This document shows positions 38,915 through 48,898 of a DNA stretch of 64,000 nt, piece by piece. The notes below the pieces were generated by a model. That model was given only the letters and a program-made list of their open reading frames with translations, did no database searches and had not been told where the DNA came from. How positions within the stretch are numbered: the stretch's first letter is position 1; each line of letters starts with the position of its first letter. The stretch comes from Saprospira grandis (GTDB taxonomy: Bacteria; Bacteroidota; Bacteroidia; Chitinophagales; Saprospiraceae): contig NZ_CP110854.1 in assembly GCF_027594745.1 (NCBI RefSeq), positions 1,116,241-1,180,240 on the forward strand. The letters are read 5' to 3'. Made by a program: the position numbers and the translations under genes.

Positions 38915-39538
38915 TTAGAGCGTAAAGATAGCCCGCAGGCTAAACATATAGGGATTAAAATAAGTATCCTTGCGGATATTCATAGGGGCTCTTTGCCAGC
39001 GAACATTGAGGCCCCAATTTTTGGTAAAATAAAAGGTCAGGTCGGCCACAATCATGACATAATCCTTTCGAAAATTATCAATTACAGCAGGGTCATCTTG
39101 TCCATTGATAGCTACAGTAGCATTAAGGATACGATTATAGGAAAGGCCTGCCCCAAACTGCATACGGTGGTAGCTATCCTTGCCATCTTCTGTGGAAATT
39201 TCCCAATCTTTGAGTAAGATAAGGACCGGCACCTCTATATTATTAAGGTGTAGATAAAAGTTGCGGGGCGCTCCCTGAAGAGAAGGCGACTGGCTACCTT
39301 GCTGAGAAAAAAGAATCTCTACCCCTAGGTCCCAAATAGGCGCCAAACGGGCCGTTCCTCTTGCGCCAAGGTTTAGGCCGGGCTTGGTATAGCCTGCGGC
39401 ATCATCGCCATCTATTTGGGCCATATTTACCCCAGCAATAATGCTAGCCGAAAAGCGATTCTGATAATCTGAAGACTGCGCTAGAAGCGGTAAGGTCCCC
39501 ATCCATAAGATAAGAAAGCATAAGATATTAAGTCGCAT
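38915..39538 (-). CDS. Small outer-membrane beta-barrel protein (OmpA-like/porin-like barrel family)
   Basis: 207 aa; signal peptide PLLAQ; alternating hydrophobic pattern; aromatic-rich C-terminus. Confidence 0.5.
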   Translation of the reverse strand: MRLNILCFLILWMGTLPLLAQSSDYQNRFSASIIAGVNMAQIDGDDAAGYTKPGLNLGARGTARLAPIWDLGVEILFSQQGSQSPSLQGAPRNFYLHLNNIEVPVLILLKDWEISTEDGKDSYHRMQFGAGLSYNRILNATVAINGQDDPAVIDNFRKDYVMIVADLTFYFTKNWGLNVRWQRAPMNIRKDTYFNPYMFSLRAIFTL

Positions 39539-39611
39539 AGTAAATATTTTAGCGTGAAAGCCTCAAAATACTGCGCTTTTAGGGGATTGGGAAGGCGGGG
39601 GCTATTTTTTA

Positions 39612-39659
39612 TCGTTTTGGAAAATAGAAACGGTCTATAGGCTCTTCCCTATAGACCGT
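39612..39659 (-). terminator. Rho-independent terminator at the 3' end of the AT-rich island operon
   Basis: Forward strand reads ggaaaatagaaACGGTCTATAGGctcttcCCTATAGACCGT. This is a 12-bp perfect stem directly after the stop at 39663, with a U-rich tract in the minus-strand sense. Confidence 0.65.
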
Positions 39660-39662
39660 TGG

Positions 39663-39929
39663 TTAGGACTTTAAATATGTTTTATTATTAAGTGCTACAA
39701 GCATTCTTTCAATTATTTCAGCCATTAAATCACCTAATAATAGCTTGTAATCGTTATAGTCTTTCTGATCGATTTTAGAAGCTGTAAGTACCTCAACTCC
39801 ATGTGCTATACGATTTCGACTGTCTAACAAACTCTTTAGGTCTCTTTCCAAAAAATGTCTGGCTCCTGATAAACCTTTATGGACCTTTGAAAACTTTTCA
39901 ATACCAAATAAAATCAAGCGATCATTCAT
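39663..39929 (-). CDS. Small protein with HEPN-like Rx4HG motif (island ORF C)
   Basis: The ORF-track start at 39944 is TTG; first ATG at comp 39927-29 (MNDRLILFG...). Contains LLDSRNRIAHG (R-x4-H-G), the HEPN RNase signature position. AT-rich codon usage. Confidence 0.4.
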   Translation of the reverse strand: MNDRLILFGIEKFSKVHKGLSGARHFLERDLKSLLDSRNRIAHGVEVLTASKIDQKDYNDYKLLLGDLMAEIIERMLVALNNKTYLKS

Positions 39930-39970
39930 GACCTTAAATCCCAAATTACTATTTGTGTTAATTATAGTGT

Positions 39971-40387
39971 TTAACCTAATTGGGTCGCTGTAACAGTAGT
40001 TTCAAATTTTTGGTAGAATCTAATTTTCTGAGCTATTCTTTGAGGAGAATTAACCAATTGGCTAACCTGATCTTCAAGATGACGGACAACAATGCTATCT
40101 AAAAGATCAAATAATTCCACCTTCACGCTTATCATTTCTTGATTTAAGAAGGAAATATATTCTGCAAGTAAATTTTGAAAAAAACCTTCCCAAGCAGCAT
40201 AGAGCATAGCTATAGATTGCTGAGAAAGTATATTTTGCTGAACTTCTTTGAACGCTCCCCTAGTAGGCTTAATAAATGAAATATCTTCAATTTCTCTAAA
40301 TAGCTTCAAATAACTATCTAGTAAGATTTCAGTCGTTTGCTTAAAATCGTCTATTGTCATTTGTTTATTATTTCTAAATGCTATCAC
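39971..40387 (-). CDS. Hypothetical alpha-helical protein (island ORF B)
   Basis: 138 aa. First codon is GTG overlapping the DUF262 stop (GTGA junction); first ATG is 27 nt downstream. It is in a different frame from ORF C, with a 26-nt gap between them. Confidence 0.4.
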   Translation of the reverse strand: MIAFRNNKQMTIDDFKQTTEILLDSYLKLFREIEDISFIKPTRGAFKEVQQNILSQQSIAMLYAAWEGFFQNLLAEYISFLNQEMISVKVELFDLLDSIVVRHLEDQVSQLVNSPQRIAQKIRFYQKFETTVTATQLG

Positions 40388-41529
40388 TCGCTAAATAAAG
40401 AGACTGCTCTTGTCAAACGATTTCTTGTTCGACTTCTAGAATTTGAAGCAGAGCCTGAGGCCTGTCTAAAAACTGCATCTTCTTTTAATTCCTCTATTTT
40501 TCTTCTTAGGGCATCATAGTCATCTACAAAGCGTTCAAAGTTTTGCTCTACGCCTATACAAATACCATCAAATAAAGCAGGAGTAAACTGGCCGCTCTGA
40601 TTTTTAAAAATATTCTCATCCCCTAATTCCAACAAAAGATTAAACACCTTTTCAAAATTTGATACAAAAGGCTCCTTCTCAAAAGATGGATCTTTTGAGA
40701 GCTTTTGCATGAAGTTATCTAAGAAAACCTCCATTTTATCGCTAATAGATTGATGCCTACCATTAGAGTAAGCTAAAAACCTTAAGACCAACTCTTGATT
40801 ATATAATTCTTGTTTTTTAGCAGCAGATAGCTGGTTTCCAACTAGACGCAGAAAACTATCCTTCTGGCTTAACTCTAAGAGCATATCCGCTACCCTTACC
40901 CCATTATCCTCTGTCCGAAAAATAGCATTCCTAATTTCTTGTGGTTTCAACTTACTTCCGCCTGAGTTTAAGCGCTTAAACAGCTCAAACTTCATACTCC
41001 TACCAGTATTTGATCTTAGTATTTCTACTCGGCAGACTGCTCGTTTAATATTCAACTGCAACTTTCGGGGTAAATCATAAAACCCATAACCTTCTAAAGC
41101 GGGTAACAAAATAGCCTTAGCTAACTTCCATTTGTTCATGCCTCCCTCAGTTACATGCTCCTCAGCTTCATCCTCATCCTCTAAACGAGTTGTTATTGAA
41201 TAATTTTCAGATTCTGACAAATGCCCTAAAAAAGAAATAATGGTTGCTGACCGCTGCAAACCATCAATGATTTCCCAACCTCCATCTTCTACTTCTGCTA
41301 CAAAAATAGGGGGAATAGGAATAGCCAGTAAGATGGACTCTATCAAGGCTGTTTTCTGGTCCTCTGTCCAACGGTACAAACGCTGGTATTCTGGTCGGAT
41401 GATTAGTTCATTATCACGATACATATTAACCAGCTCCCCAAAAGAAAGGTCCATCCTTTCTGTAGATATTTCACTCCGTTTATTAGCTACTTGTTGTTCT
41501 AAATCTTCTTCTCTTATTTGTTGAGCCAT
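40384..41529 (-). CDS. DUF262 (ParB/Srx-like N-terminal domain) protein
   Basis: 381 aa; IRPEYQRLYRW...QKTALIESILLAIPIPPIFV...WEIIDGLQRSATI matches the DUF262 hallmark (xYQRxYxW ... PIP ... DGQQR). No obvious C-terminal His-Me/HNH (DUF1524) motif. Confidence 0.8.
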   Translation of the reverse strand: MAQQIREEDLEQQVANKRSEISTERMDLSFGELVNMYRDNELIIRPEYQRLYRWTEDQKTALIESILLAIPIPPIFVAEVEDGGWEIIDGLQRSATIISFLGHLSESENYSITTRLEDEDEAEEHVTEGGMNKWKLAKAILLPALEGYGFYDLPRKLQLNIKRAVCRVEILRSNTGRSMKFELFKRLNSGGSKLKPQEIRNAIFRTEDNGVRVADMLLELSQKDSFLRLVGNQLSAAKKQELYNQELVLRFLAYSNGRHQSISDKMEVFLDNFMQKLSKDPSFEKEPFVSNFEKVFNLLLELGDENIFKNQSGQFTPALFDGICIGVEQNFERFVDDYDALRRKIEELKEDAVFRQASGSASNSRSRTRNRLTRAVSLFSE

Positions 41530-41832
41530 AACTTATTTTTTAGTTTCTCTAATAGTTAAATATAGGGCATTTTGTACTTTTTTCCAACAAAAACTAATAA
41601 TAAGAAAGGCGGGGGCTGTTTTTTATTGATGGTTTTGCCTTTTCTGCGCCTAGGCGCAGGAAAGGGGAAAGACAAAGTTTTAAACAGCCCCCCATAGCTA
41701 GAAATGGATTGATTAACTAACTGAGAAAGATAAAAGGCCAAAAGATTTCAATCCATGCGGGTTTTAACCCGCATGCCATAAAAAATATTGCGGAGCAATA
41801 CCTTGCTTGCTGTAGGTTTCAACCTACAGTAA

Positions 41833-41958
41833 ACGGCCTAGCGATGTGGAGGGGTGGCCGAAGGCCAGACCGAGGAGCGGAGCGACGAAGGGCCGAGCAG
41901 ACCTGCGAGCCCCGCAACGTAGCGCCGACGAGCGCAGCGAGGCGGAGGCCCCAAAACA
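41833..41958. repeat. GC-rich interspersed repeat family, copy 12
   Basis: ggcctagcgatgtggaggggtggccgaaggccagaccgaggagcggagcgacgaagggccgagcagacctgcgagccccgcaacgtagcgccgacgagcgcagcgaggcggaggccccaaaa. Confidence 0.85.
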
Positions 41959-42009
41959 TCCCAATAGGCACAAAAAAAAAGCTGAATAACTCTAAAGTTA
42001 TTCAGCTTT

Positions 42010-42085
42010 TGGTCGGGATGACTGGACTTGAACCAGCGACCACTCGCCCCCCAGACGAGTACTCTACCAACTGAGCTACATCCCG
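42010..42085 (-). tRNA. tRNA-Pro(GGG): tRNA-Pro (anticodon GGG), CCA encoded
   Basis: The reverse complement CGGGATGTAGCTCAGTTGGTAGAGTACTCGTCTGGGGGGCGAGTGGTCGCTGGTTCAAGTCCAGTCATCCCGACCA has a 7-bp acceptor stem (CGGGATG/CATCCCG). Anticodon stem CTCGT/GCGAG with loop CTGGGGG. Confidence 0.75.
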
Positions 42086-42165
42086 ATTCGCTAGTAGCGT
42101 TGTTGTTTGTGGTCACAAATATAGGGCAATATTTTTAAGATCCAAACTTCTAGCGATTATTTTTT

Positions 42166-43344
42166 CTAATTTCCTCCAAAAACATCTCGGAGACGGTCCA
42201 AAAAGCCCTTTCTACCGCCTTTTTCCTTGGCATTGGGAATGAAATTTTTGCTGTCGCGCATTTTTTCTAAAGCACGGCGCTCATCCGAAGACACATTTTT
42301 AGGCACCCAAACCTTAACATGAATGAGCTGATCGCCCTGGCCATATCCTCTTAGAGAAGGGAGCCCCTTGCCTCTTAGACGGAAGACCTTGCCGCCCTCG
42401 GTGCCCGCAGGTAACGTCACCTTGACCTTGCCCGTTAGGGTGGGGACCTCCACGGCGGTACCTAGGACCAAATCGGCAAAGTTGACGTCTAGCTCATAAT
42501 GAATATTATTGCCATCTCGAGCAAAGAGCTCATGCTCTTTTTCTTGGATATTGATGAGCAGATCGCCAGCAGGACCACCATTCATGCCCGCATTTCCTTT
42601 GCCATGCATAGAAAGCTGTAGGCCTTCCGATACCCCAGCAGGGATGTCAATCTCTAGGGTTTCTTCGCCATAAGTACGGCCCTCGCCTCCACAGCTGCCG
42701 CATTTGCTCGTAATGCTTTTTCCAGAGCCATTACATTGGGGACAAGCCACGGTGGTTTGCATTTGGCCCAAAAAGGTGTTTTGCACCCGACGCACATAGC
42801 CGCTGCCATTACAGCCACTACAGGTCTTGATTGAACTGCTATCTTTGGCCCCTGAGCCGCCACAGCTAGCACAATTGACGTACTTCTTAACCTTAATCTT
42901 CTTTTTGGCGCCCTTGGCAATTTCTTCTAAGGTTAGGCCAACCCGAATACGAAGATTAGAGCCTTTTTGGCCGCCTGCAGCCCTACGGCCACGGCCCCCT
43001 TGCTGCTGACCAAAGAAGTCGAAACCGCCTCCTCCGCCACCACCAAAGATGTCGCTAAACTGAGAGAAAATATCTTCCATAGAGAAGCCGCCTGCACCGC
43101 CAGGTCCAGCGCCCTGATTCACGCCAGCATGCCCATAACGGTCATAAGCTGCCCGCTTTTGGTCATCATTGAGCACCTCATAGGCTTCGGCTGCCTCCTT
43201 AAATTTTTCTTCTGCCTCGGGGTTATCGGGGTTGCGGTCTGGGTGGTACTTCATGGCCACCTTGCGGTAGGCCTTTTTGAGTTGCGCCTTTTCCACATTC
43301 CGATCTACGCCCAACACTTCATAATAATCTCTTTTCTGCGCCAT
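42166..43344 (-). CDS. dnaJ: Molecular chaperone DnaJ
   Basis: 392 aa; J domain DYYEVLGV...YHPDRNP; G/F-rich region; four CxxCxGxG zinc-finger repeats. Confidence 0.95.
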   Translation of the reverse strand: MAQKRDYYEVLGVDRNVEKAQLKKAYRKVAMKYHPDRNPDNPEAEEKFKEAAEAYEVLNDDQKRAAYDRYGHAGVNQGAGPGGAGGFSMEDIFSQFSDIFGGGGGGGFDFFGQQQGGRGRRAAGGQKGSNLRIRVGLTLEEIAKGAKKKIKVKKYVNCASCGGSGAKDSSSIKTCSGCNGSGYVRRVQNTFLGQMQTTVACPQCNGSGKSITSKCGSCGGEGRTYGEETLEIDIPAGVSEGLQLSMHGKGNAGMNGGPAGDLLINIQEKEHELFARDGNNIHYELDVNFADLVLGTAVEVPTLTGKVKVTLPAGTEGGKVFRLRGKGLPSLRGYGQGDQLIHVKVWVPKNVSSDERRALEKMRDSKNFIPNAKEKGGRKGFLDRLRDVFGGN

Positions 43345-43362
43345 GACTCTTTATCTTCTTTT

Positions 43363-43920
43363 TTATTGGCCCACTACAACCTTAGCGTAGCGGATGATTT
43401 TTTCATTCAAAATGTATCCTTTTTCCACGGTATCAATCACCTTGCCCTTGAGCTCTTCTGTGGGAGCGGGCACCTTAGTGAGGGCCTCATGAAAATCGGG
43501 ATCAAAGGCTTGGCCAGTAGATTCCATTTCTTCCAATCCTTTTTGGGCCAAGGCTTTTTTCATTTTTTCATAAATGAGCATAATGCCATCATCTAGCTCT
43601 TGGCCAGCTTTTACCGCCCGATCAAAATCATCGAGTACGGGCAAAAGCGACTTAATCGTATCGGCCGCAGCAGTTTGGATCAGCTGCAGTTTTTCTCTGG
43701 CATTGCGCTTTCTAAAGTTGTCAAACTCAGCATAAATACGCAGGTATTTATCCTTCATTTCGGCCAGTTCTTGGGCCAATTTTTCTTTTTCGTCTTTGGG
43801 AGCTGCCGTTTCCTTCACAGTCTCCTCTTCCTGAGTTTGTGCATCTGCTTGCAACTGCTCTTCTTGCTGCTGTTGCTCCTCCTGAGGATCTAGTTGTTCC
43901 TCCTGCTTCTTTTCTTCCAT
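43363..43920 (-). CDS. grpE: Nucleotide exchange factor GrpE
   Basis: 185 aa; acidic Q/E-rich N-terminus, then the GrpE core (YLRIYAEFDNFRKR...). Confidence 0.9.
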   Translation of the reverse strand: MEEKKQEEQLDPQEEQQQQEEQLQADAQTQEEETVKETAAPKDEKEKLAQELAEMKDKYLRIYAEFDNFRKRNAREKLQLIQTAAADTIKSLLPVLDDFDRAVKAGQELDDGIMLIYEKMKKALAQKGLEEMESTGQAFDPDFHEALTKVPAPTEELKGKVIDTVEKGYILNEKIIRYAKVVVGQ

Positions 43921-44091
43921 GATAATATATATATAGTATGACGGTGTTTAAACGATTTCACTTTGGCCCTTGTCAAGTTTTTTGCCAGCCGCAAGATAAA
44001 GACATCTTGTCAGTTTTTTCTTGCTTTTTGGCAGTTTGTCAGTTTAGCCTGACAGGCCGAGGGGGAGCCATTATTTTTTTATTGATTTTTT

Positions 44092-44411
44092 TGGGGCCTC
44101 CGCAGCTTCGCTGCGGCGCTACGTTTCGCAGCTCGCTATTCGCTCGGCCCTTCGCCAGCAAGCTGGCTCGGTCTGGCCCTGCGGGCCACTGCTACACATC
44201 GCTAGGCCATGAACGAGCGCAGCGAGCTGCGCCCAGCAGGCGGCAAAGCCGCCGCAAAGGCGCGAAGCGCCTCGGCTGAGGGATGGATAGGGTGGGCCGC
44301 AGGGCCAGACCCAAGTTTTTTGAAGCGAAGCGAAAAAAACTGCAGGGCCGAGCAGACCTGCGAGCCCGGCACAGCCCGACCCAAGGCCGTAGGCCGCAGG
44401 GGCAGCCCCAA
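44092..44411. repeat. GC-rich interspersed repeat family, composite copy 13 (forward module then reverse module)
   Basis: ggggcctccgcagcttcgctgcggcgctacgtttcgcagctcgctattcgctcggccc... then ...cagggccgagcagacctgcgagcccggcacagcccgacccaaggccgtaggccgcaggggcagccccaaa. Confidence 0.85.
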
Positions 44412-44500
44412 ATAAAACTTCTTAAATTCCTGTTAAAGCCCTAAGTTTGTCCCCTCCTATTTAGATCAAGAGTGAGCAACTCATTTTAAAAAAACAAACT

Positions 44501-45115
44501 ATGCGTTTATTTCAAATCGGGCTATTTTTGGCCCTCTTTTCTGGTGTTTTCCTTTTTTCTTGCCAAGATAATGCCCCTCAACAAAGCGAGGGCGAAGCAA
44601 CGGTAGCCGCCGATAGCAGCCAGGAGGAAAGCAGCGCCTCGCCTAGCCCCTTGAGCCCTGAAGAGCAATTGGCCAAGATGGAGCCCGCCGCCCAAGCCGA
44701 AATGGCCAAGCTCAATGAAACGGCCTGCGCTTGCCTGCAAGAACATGCCGAGGCCATCACTAATTTTACCGATAAGGCCCTGCCCGCTATTGCCGAAGCC
44801 AAAGAAAAAGGAGGGGTTAGCCTAATGGAAGTTCTGGGCCCCTTGATGCCCGATATGCGCAAGATGAAAGGCTATCGCGAATGTGGCAGCCAGGCAGATA
44901 GTAGCATCAATCAAAACCTAATTGATGAGGCCATGGCCAAAATTTTGGGCGAAAATATGGACCCCAAAGCCGCTAGCGAAAGCAAAATAGCCATTATGAA
45001 CGCCCAACTCAAACAAAACTGTCCCGATGGTTTTGCCATTCAGGAAAAAATTACCGCCTTTGCCGAGGCTGGCCAAAGCTTGCAAGGAGAGCAGCCCGCT
45101 GCCCCTCATAAATAG
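44501..45115 (+). CDS. Putative lipoprotein (function unknown)
   Basis: 204 aa; lipobox-like GVFLFSCQ; low-complexity S/E/A-rich linker. Confidence 0.5.
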   Translation: MRLFQIGLFLALFSGVFLFSCQDNAPQQSEGEATVAADSSQEESSASPSPLSPEEQLAKMEPAAQAEMAKLNETACACLQEHAEAITNFTDKALPAIAEAKEKGGVSLMEVLGPLMPDMRKMKGYRECGSQADSSINQNLIDEAMAKILGENMDPKAASESKIAIMNAQLKQNCPDGFAIQEKITAFAEAGQSLQGEQPAAPHK

Positions 45116-45133
45116 GCCTTGAAGTAGAACACT

Positions 45134-45163
45134 GGCTAGTGATTTTTATCGCTAGCCTTTTTT
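45134..45163 (+). terminator. Rho-independent terminator
   Basis: GGCTAGTGAtttttaTCGCTAGCCtttttt after the lipoprotein gene. Confidence 0.7.
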
Positions 45164-45206
45164 GGGGCAAAAAAAAACCTCCAAGCCAAAAGCTTGAAGG
45201 TTAAAG

Positions 45207-45279
45207 TGGTTTCGGGCGGACTCGAACCGCCGACACACGGATTTTCAGTCCGATGCTCTACCAGCTGAGCTACGAAACC
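45207..45279 (-). tRNA. tRNA-Phe(GAA): tRNA-Phe (anticodon GAA)
   Basis: Reverse complement GGTTTCGTAGCTCAGCTGGTAGAGCATCGGACTGAAAATCCGTGTGTCGGCGGTTCGAGTCCGCCCGAAACCA; anticodon loop ACTGAAAAT. Confidence 0.9.
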
Positions 45280-45484
45280 AGCTGTTTTTGTTTTGCGTGG
45301 CACAAATATAAGGCAGTTTTTTAAACTTCCAAAGGTTTTCTGAAAAAAACTATACTTTTTTGTGAATTCAGAGCCTGGCCTTAAAGTTTTTTAAAAATTT
45401 AAGATTAGTGAGGCCTTTTATTAAATTTGCGCAAGTCCTTTTTTGCCCAAAAATGTTTGGTCTCATCCTTAGAATTTAAAATCT

Positions 45485-46702
45485 ATGTACTTAAAAAGAT
45501 GGAGTGTACTGGCCCTACTCCTTTGTTTTGGCCTGTTGAATAATAGTTGCGATAATGAAGTTGATGTAGTTGGCGACTGGAAAGAGGTGCCTATTGTTTA
45601 TGGCGTAATTAACCCTCTGCCTTTATTTTCGCCTATGGAGCCGCACTATATTCGTATTGAAAAGGCCTTTTTGGACCCTCGTACGGATGCCTTTCAGATT
45701 GCGCAGCGGGCCGACTCCCTTTATTATGGTCCTTTTGACCTAGAAGTAATTTTGTATGAGCAAACGCAGCAGGGCTCTCAGATCATTAACACTCCTCTAG
45801 ATACTTTTGAGCGGGTAAATGCCACAGATGAAGGCTTTGCGGACCGAGAAGAGGGTATTTTTGCGGCTAGTCCCAACTATATTTATAAGAGTGATGCCGT
45901 TTTGCCTGTAGGCCGTTACCTTATGCTCAAGGTGAAGAACTTGGCTACGGGCAAAGAGTATGATATATATACAAAGAGCATTCAGCCTGGCAGTCGTGAT
46001 TTTACCGACTCGACCTTTAATGAGTTTAGAGTGACCACACCCTCGACGAGTTTGGGGATTAAGTGGGCCAACTATGACCAGGGCAGCCAAGACTGGATTT
46101 TTAGAGATATCCGCTTCAACTGGGCCACCCCAAGCGATGCGGCTATTTATGATCTTTCACTAGATATTCATTATTATGAATTTGAGGTAGACCAAAGCCA
46201 AACGGGCGAGCCCGAGATTCCTGGAACTCGAGTACGTAAAACCCTCAAGTGGACCCCCTTCCGCTCTGTTTTGGCCTCGGGTACTTCAGCGCCTAGAGGA
46301 CTCTGCAATCTTTGTCCACAAACCTATGAACGCTTTATTGAAGGCGATGGAACCGTGGCCCAAGAAATCAATGGCGAGAGCTTCTTCCGCTATTTGGCCA
46401 ACAACCTATCGAGTACTACGGATAATAATATTCGCCGCTGCTTTAGCGAATTGGATATTCGGGTAGATGCCGCTGGCGTAGAGCTGGCCAACTACCTCAA
46501 GGCCAATGCAGCCAACCAAAGCCTAGTGGGTGGACTGTTTCCGGCAGAGCCCTACACAAATGTTCCTGATGGCTATGGCATTTTTACCACAAAAATGTTT
46601 ACCACTAGAAAAGGCTATGAATTAGACGATGAAGTTTTGGAGTACCTCAAATTTGGGGAAATCACTCGAAATCTTGGTTTTAGAGATTATAGCTGCAACT
46701 AA
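45485..46702 (+). CDS. Putative lipoprotein (function unknown)
   Basis: 405 aa; lipobox LLNNSC; no catalytic motif recognised. Confidence 0.5.
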   Translation: MYLKRWSVLALLLCFGLLNNSCDNEVDVVGDWKEVPIVYGVINPLPLFSPMEPHYIRIEKAFLDPRTDAFQIAQRADSLYYGPFDLEVILYEQTQQGSQIINTPLDTFERVNATDEGFADREEGIFAASPNYIYKSDAVLPVGRYLMLKVKNLATGKEYDIYTKSIQPGSRDFTDSTFNEFRVTTPSTSLGIKWANYDQGSQDWIFRDIRFNWATPSDAAIYDLSLDIHYYEFEVDQSQTGEPEIPGTRVRKTLKWTPFRSVLASGTSAPRGLCNLCPQTYERFIEGDGTVAQEINGESFFRYLANNLSSTTDNNIRRCFSELDIRVDAAGVELANYLKANAANQSLVGGLFPAEPYTNVPDGYGIFTTKMFTTRKGYELDDEVLEYLKFGEITRNLGFRDYSCN

Positions 46703-46710
46703 AATATAAA

Positions 46711-46735
46711 AGGCCCTTTGGAGGGCCTTTTTTTA
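46711..46735 (+). terminator. Rho-independent terminator
   Basis: AGGCCCtttggaGGGCCTttttttt. Confidence 0.75.
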
Positions 46736-46966
46736 TGCCCTGCAAGCCAGGCCGCCAAGCAATCACTGACAAGAGAGCGGACAAAAACTGAAAAAATGGC
46801 AGCTTGTCAGGCCAAAATGCGGGCAAAAACAGCCGATTTGGCAAAAAAAAGGGCAAAAAAGAGAATAAATTCTGTTGGTACAAGCCTTGATCTTAGGGCA
46901 GTGTCGCTCAATGAGGCGAACAACAATAATTGACTATCAAACTAACAAATTCAATATCTACAAGTT

Positions 46967-48871
46967 ATGGGTAAGATTATAGGAATCGACTTAGGAACTA
47001 CCAACTCCTGCGTATCTGTAATGGAAGGAAACGAACCTGTAGTGATTACCAACGAAGAGGGTAAGCGCACTACGCCTTCTGTTATTGGTTTTTTGGATAA
47101 TGGCGAACGCAAAATCGGTGACCCCGCTAAGCGTCAGGCAATTACCAACCCGCACAAAACAATCATGTCTATCAAGCGCTTTATGGGCTTGCGCCACAGC
47201 GAAGCTGGCGATGATGTGAATCAGGTCCCCTATGAAATTTTGAAAGGGGCCAACGATACTATTCGTGTAAAAATTGACGACCGCGAATATAGCCCGCAAG
47301 AAATTTCGGCCATGACGCTACAAAAAATGAAGCGCATTGCAGAAGAGTACTTGGGCCAAGAAGTGACTGAAGCTGTAGTTACTGTACCTGCTTACTTTAA
47401 CGACTCTCAGCGTCAAGCCACTAAAGAAGCTGGCGAAATTGCCGGACTAAAAGTTCGTCGTATCATCAACGAACCCACTGCCGCAGCTCTTGCTTACGGT
47501 ATGGATAAGGCTGATGAGGATGTAACTATCGCTGTTTATGACCTTGGTGGAGGAACTTTTGACGTATCTATCCTTGAACTAGGCGGCGGCGTTTTTGAAG
47601 TAAAATCAACAAATGGTGATACGCACCTTGGTGGTGACGACTTTGACCGTGTGATCATGGACTGGCTCATTAGCGAGTTCAAACAACAAGAAGGTATTGA
47701 CCTTAGCAAAAATGCAGAGGCCATCCAACGTCTAAAAGAAGCTTCAGAAAAAGCTAAGATTGAGCTTTCTGGTGGTTCTTCTACAGACATCAACCTTCCT
47801 TATATCTCTTTCAATGAAAGTGGCGCTAAGCACTTGGTCCGCCAATTGAGCCGCTCTAAATTTGAGCAACTCATTAGCGATTTGGTACAGCGTACTCTTA
47901 CGCCCTGCCAAAAAGCACTAGATGATGCTGGCCTTTCTATCGGCGATATTGATGAGATTATTCTAGTGGGTGGTTCTACTCGTATTCCTGCCATTCAGGA
48001 AGCTGTAGAAAAATTCTTCAACAAGAAGCCCAATAAGAGCGTAAACCCCGATGAAGTAGTGGCCGTAGGTGCTGCTATCCAAGGTGGTGTATTGACTGGT
48101 GAGGTGAAAGATGTTCTTCTCCTAGATGTTACTCCCCTTTCTTTGGGTATCGAAACTTATGGTGGTGTATTCACTCGCCTAGTTGAGGCCAACACGACTA
48201 TCCCTAAGCGTGCTTCTCAGGTATTCTCTACCGCTCAAGATAACCAGCCTTCTGTAGAGATCCACGTTTTGCAAGGAGAGCGCCCCATGGCCAACCAAAA
48301 CCGCACAATCGGTCGCTTCCAGCTAGAGGGTATCCCCGCTATGCGCAAAGGTGAACCTCAAATTGAAGTAGTTTTTGACATTGACTCTAACGGTATCCTT
48401 AGCGTTTCTGCTAAAGAGAAAACGACCGGAAAAGAACAGAAGATCCGCATCGAGGCTTCTACTGGCCTTTCTCAAGAGGAAATCGATAAGATGAAGCAAG
48501 AAGCCGAGGCCAATGCCGAAGCCGACCGCCAAGCTCGCGAAAAAGTAGATAAGCTCAATGAGGCCGACTCTATCATCTACCAAACAGAACGTCAGATGAC
48601 AGAACATGGCGAGAAATTGCCCGAAAACCTCAAAGCCGATATCGAAAAAGCGGTAACTGAACTTAAAGCAGCTCATCAAGCACAAGACCTAGATGCCATC
48701 AATAAAGGGATCGAGGCCGTAAATAACGCTTGGGCTGCAGCTAGCCAGCAAATGGGTGGACAGCCCGGCGCCGGTGGCCCCGAAGCAGGCCCCCAAGGCC
48801 CCGCCAATGACGGCCAAGCCGGTGGCGATGATGTAACCGATGTAGAATTTGAAGAGGTAGACAATAAGTAG
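46967..48871 (+). CDS. dnaK: Molecular chaperone DnaK (Hsp70)
   Basis: 634 aa; [30 protein letters not shown] Hsp70 signatures; C-terminal G/A/Q-rich tail. Confidence 0.97.
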   Translation: MGKIIGIDLGTTNSCVSVMEGNEPVVITNEEGKRTTPSVIGFLDNGERKIGDPAKRQAITNPHKTIMSIKRFMGLRHSEAGDDVNQVPYEILKGANDTIRVKIDDREYSPQEISAMTLQKMKRIAEEYLGQEVTEAVVTVPAYFNDSQRQATKEAGEIAGLKVRRIINEPTAAALAYGMDKADEDVTIAVYDLGGGTFDVSILELGGGVFEVKSTNGDTHLGGDDFDRVIMDWLISEFKQQEGIDLSKNAEAIQRLKEASEKAKIELSGGSSTDINLPYISFNESGAKHLVRQLSRSKFEQLISDLVQRTLTPCQKALDDAGLSIGDIDEIILVGGSTRIPAIQEAVEKFFNKKPNKSVNPDEVVAVGAAIQGGVLTGEVKDVLLLDVTPLSLGIETYGGVFTRLVEANTTIPKRASQVFSTAQDNQPSVEIHVLQGERPMANQNRTIGRFQLEGIPAMRKGEPQIEVVFDIDSNGILSVSAKEKTTGKEQKIRIEASTGLSQEEIDKMKQEAEANAEADRQAREKVDKLNEADSIIYQTERQMTEHGEKLPENLKADIEKAVTELKAAHQAQDLDAINKGIEAVNNAWAAASQQMGGQPGAGGPEAGPQGPANDGQAGGDDVTDVEFEEVDNK

Positions 48872-48898
48872 TCGCCTACTCAAAAACTCCAATAATGA

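Noticed and set aside
39540-42090. Integrative mobile element, prophage remnant or genomic island with tRNA att duplication
   Set aside because: There is no integrase, recombinase or transposase ORF. I found no direct repeat of the tRNA-Pro 3' end at the far side of the AT-rich segment. Only compositional evidence for horizontal origin remains, so no mobile_element feature is called.
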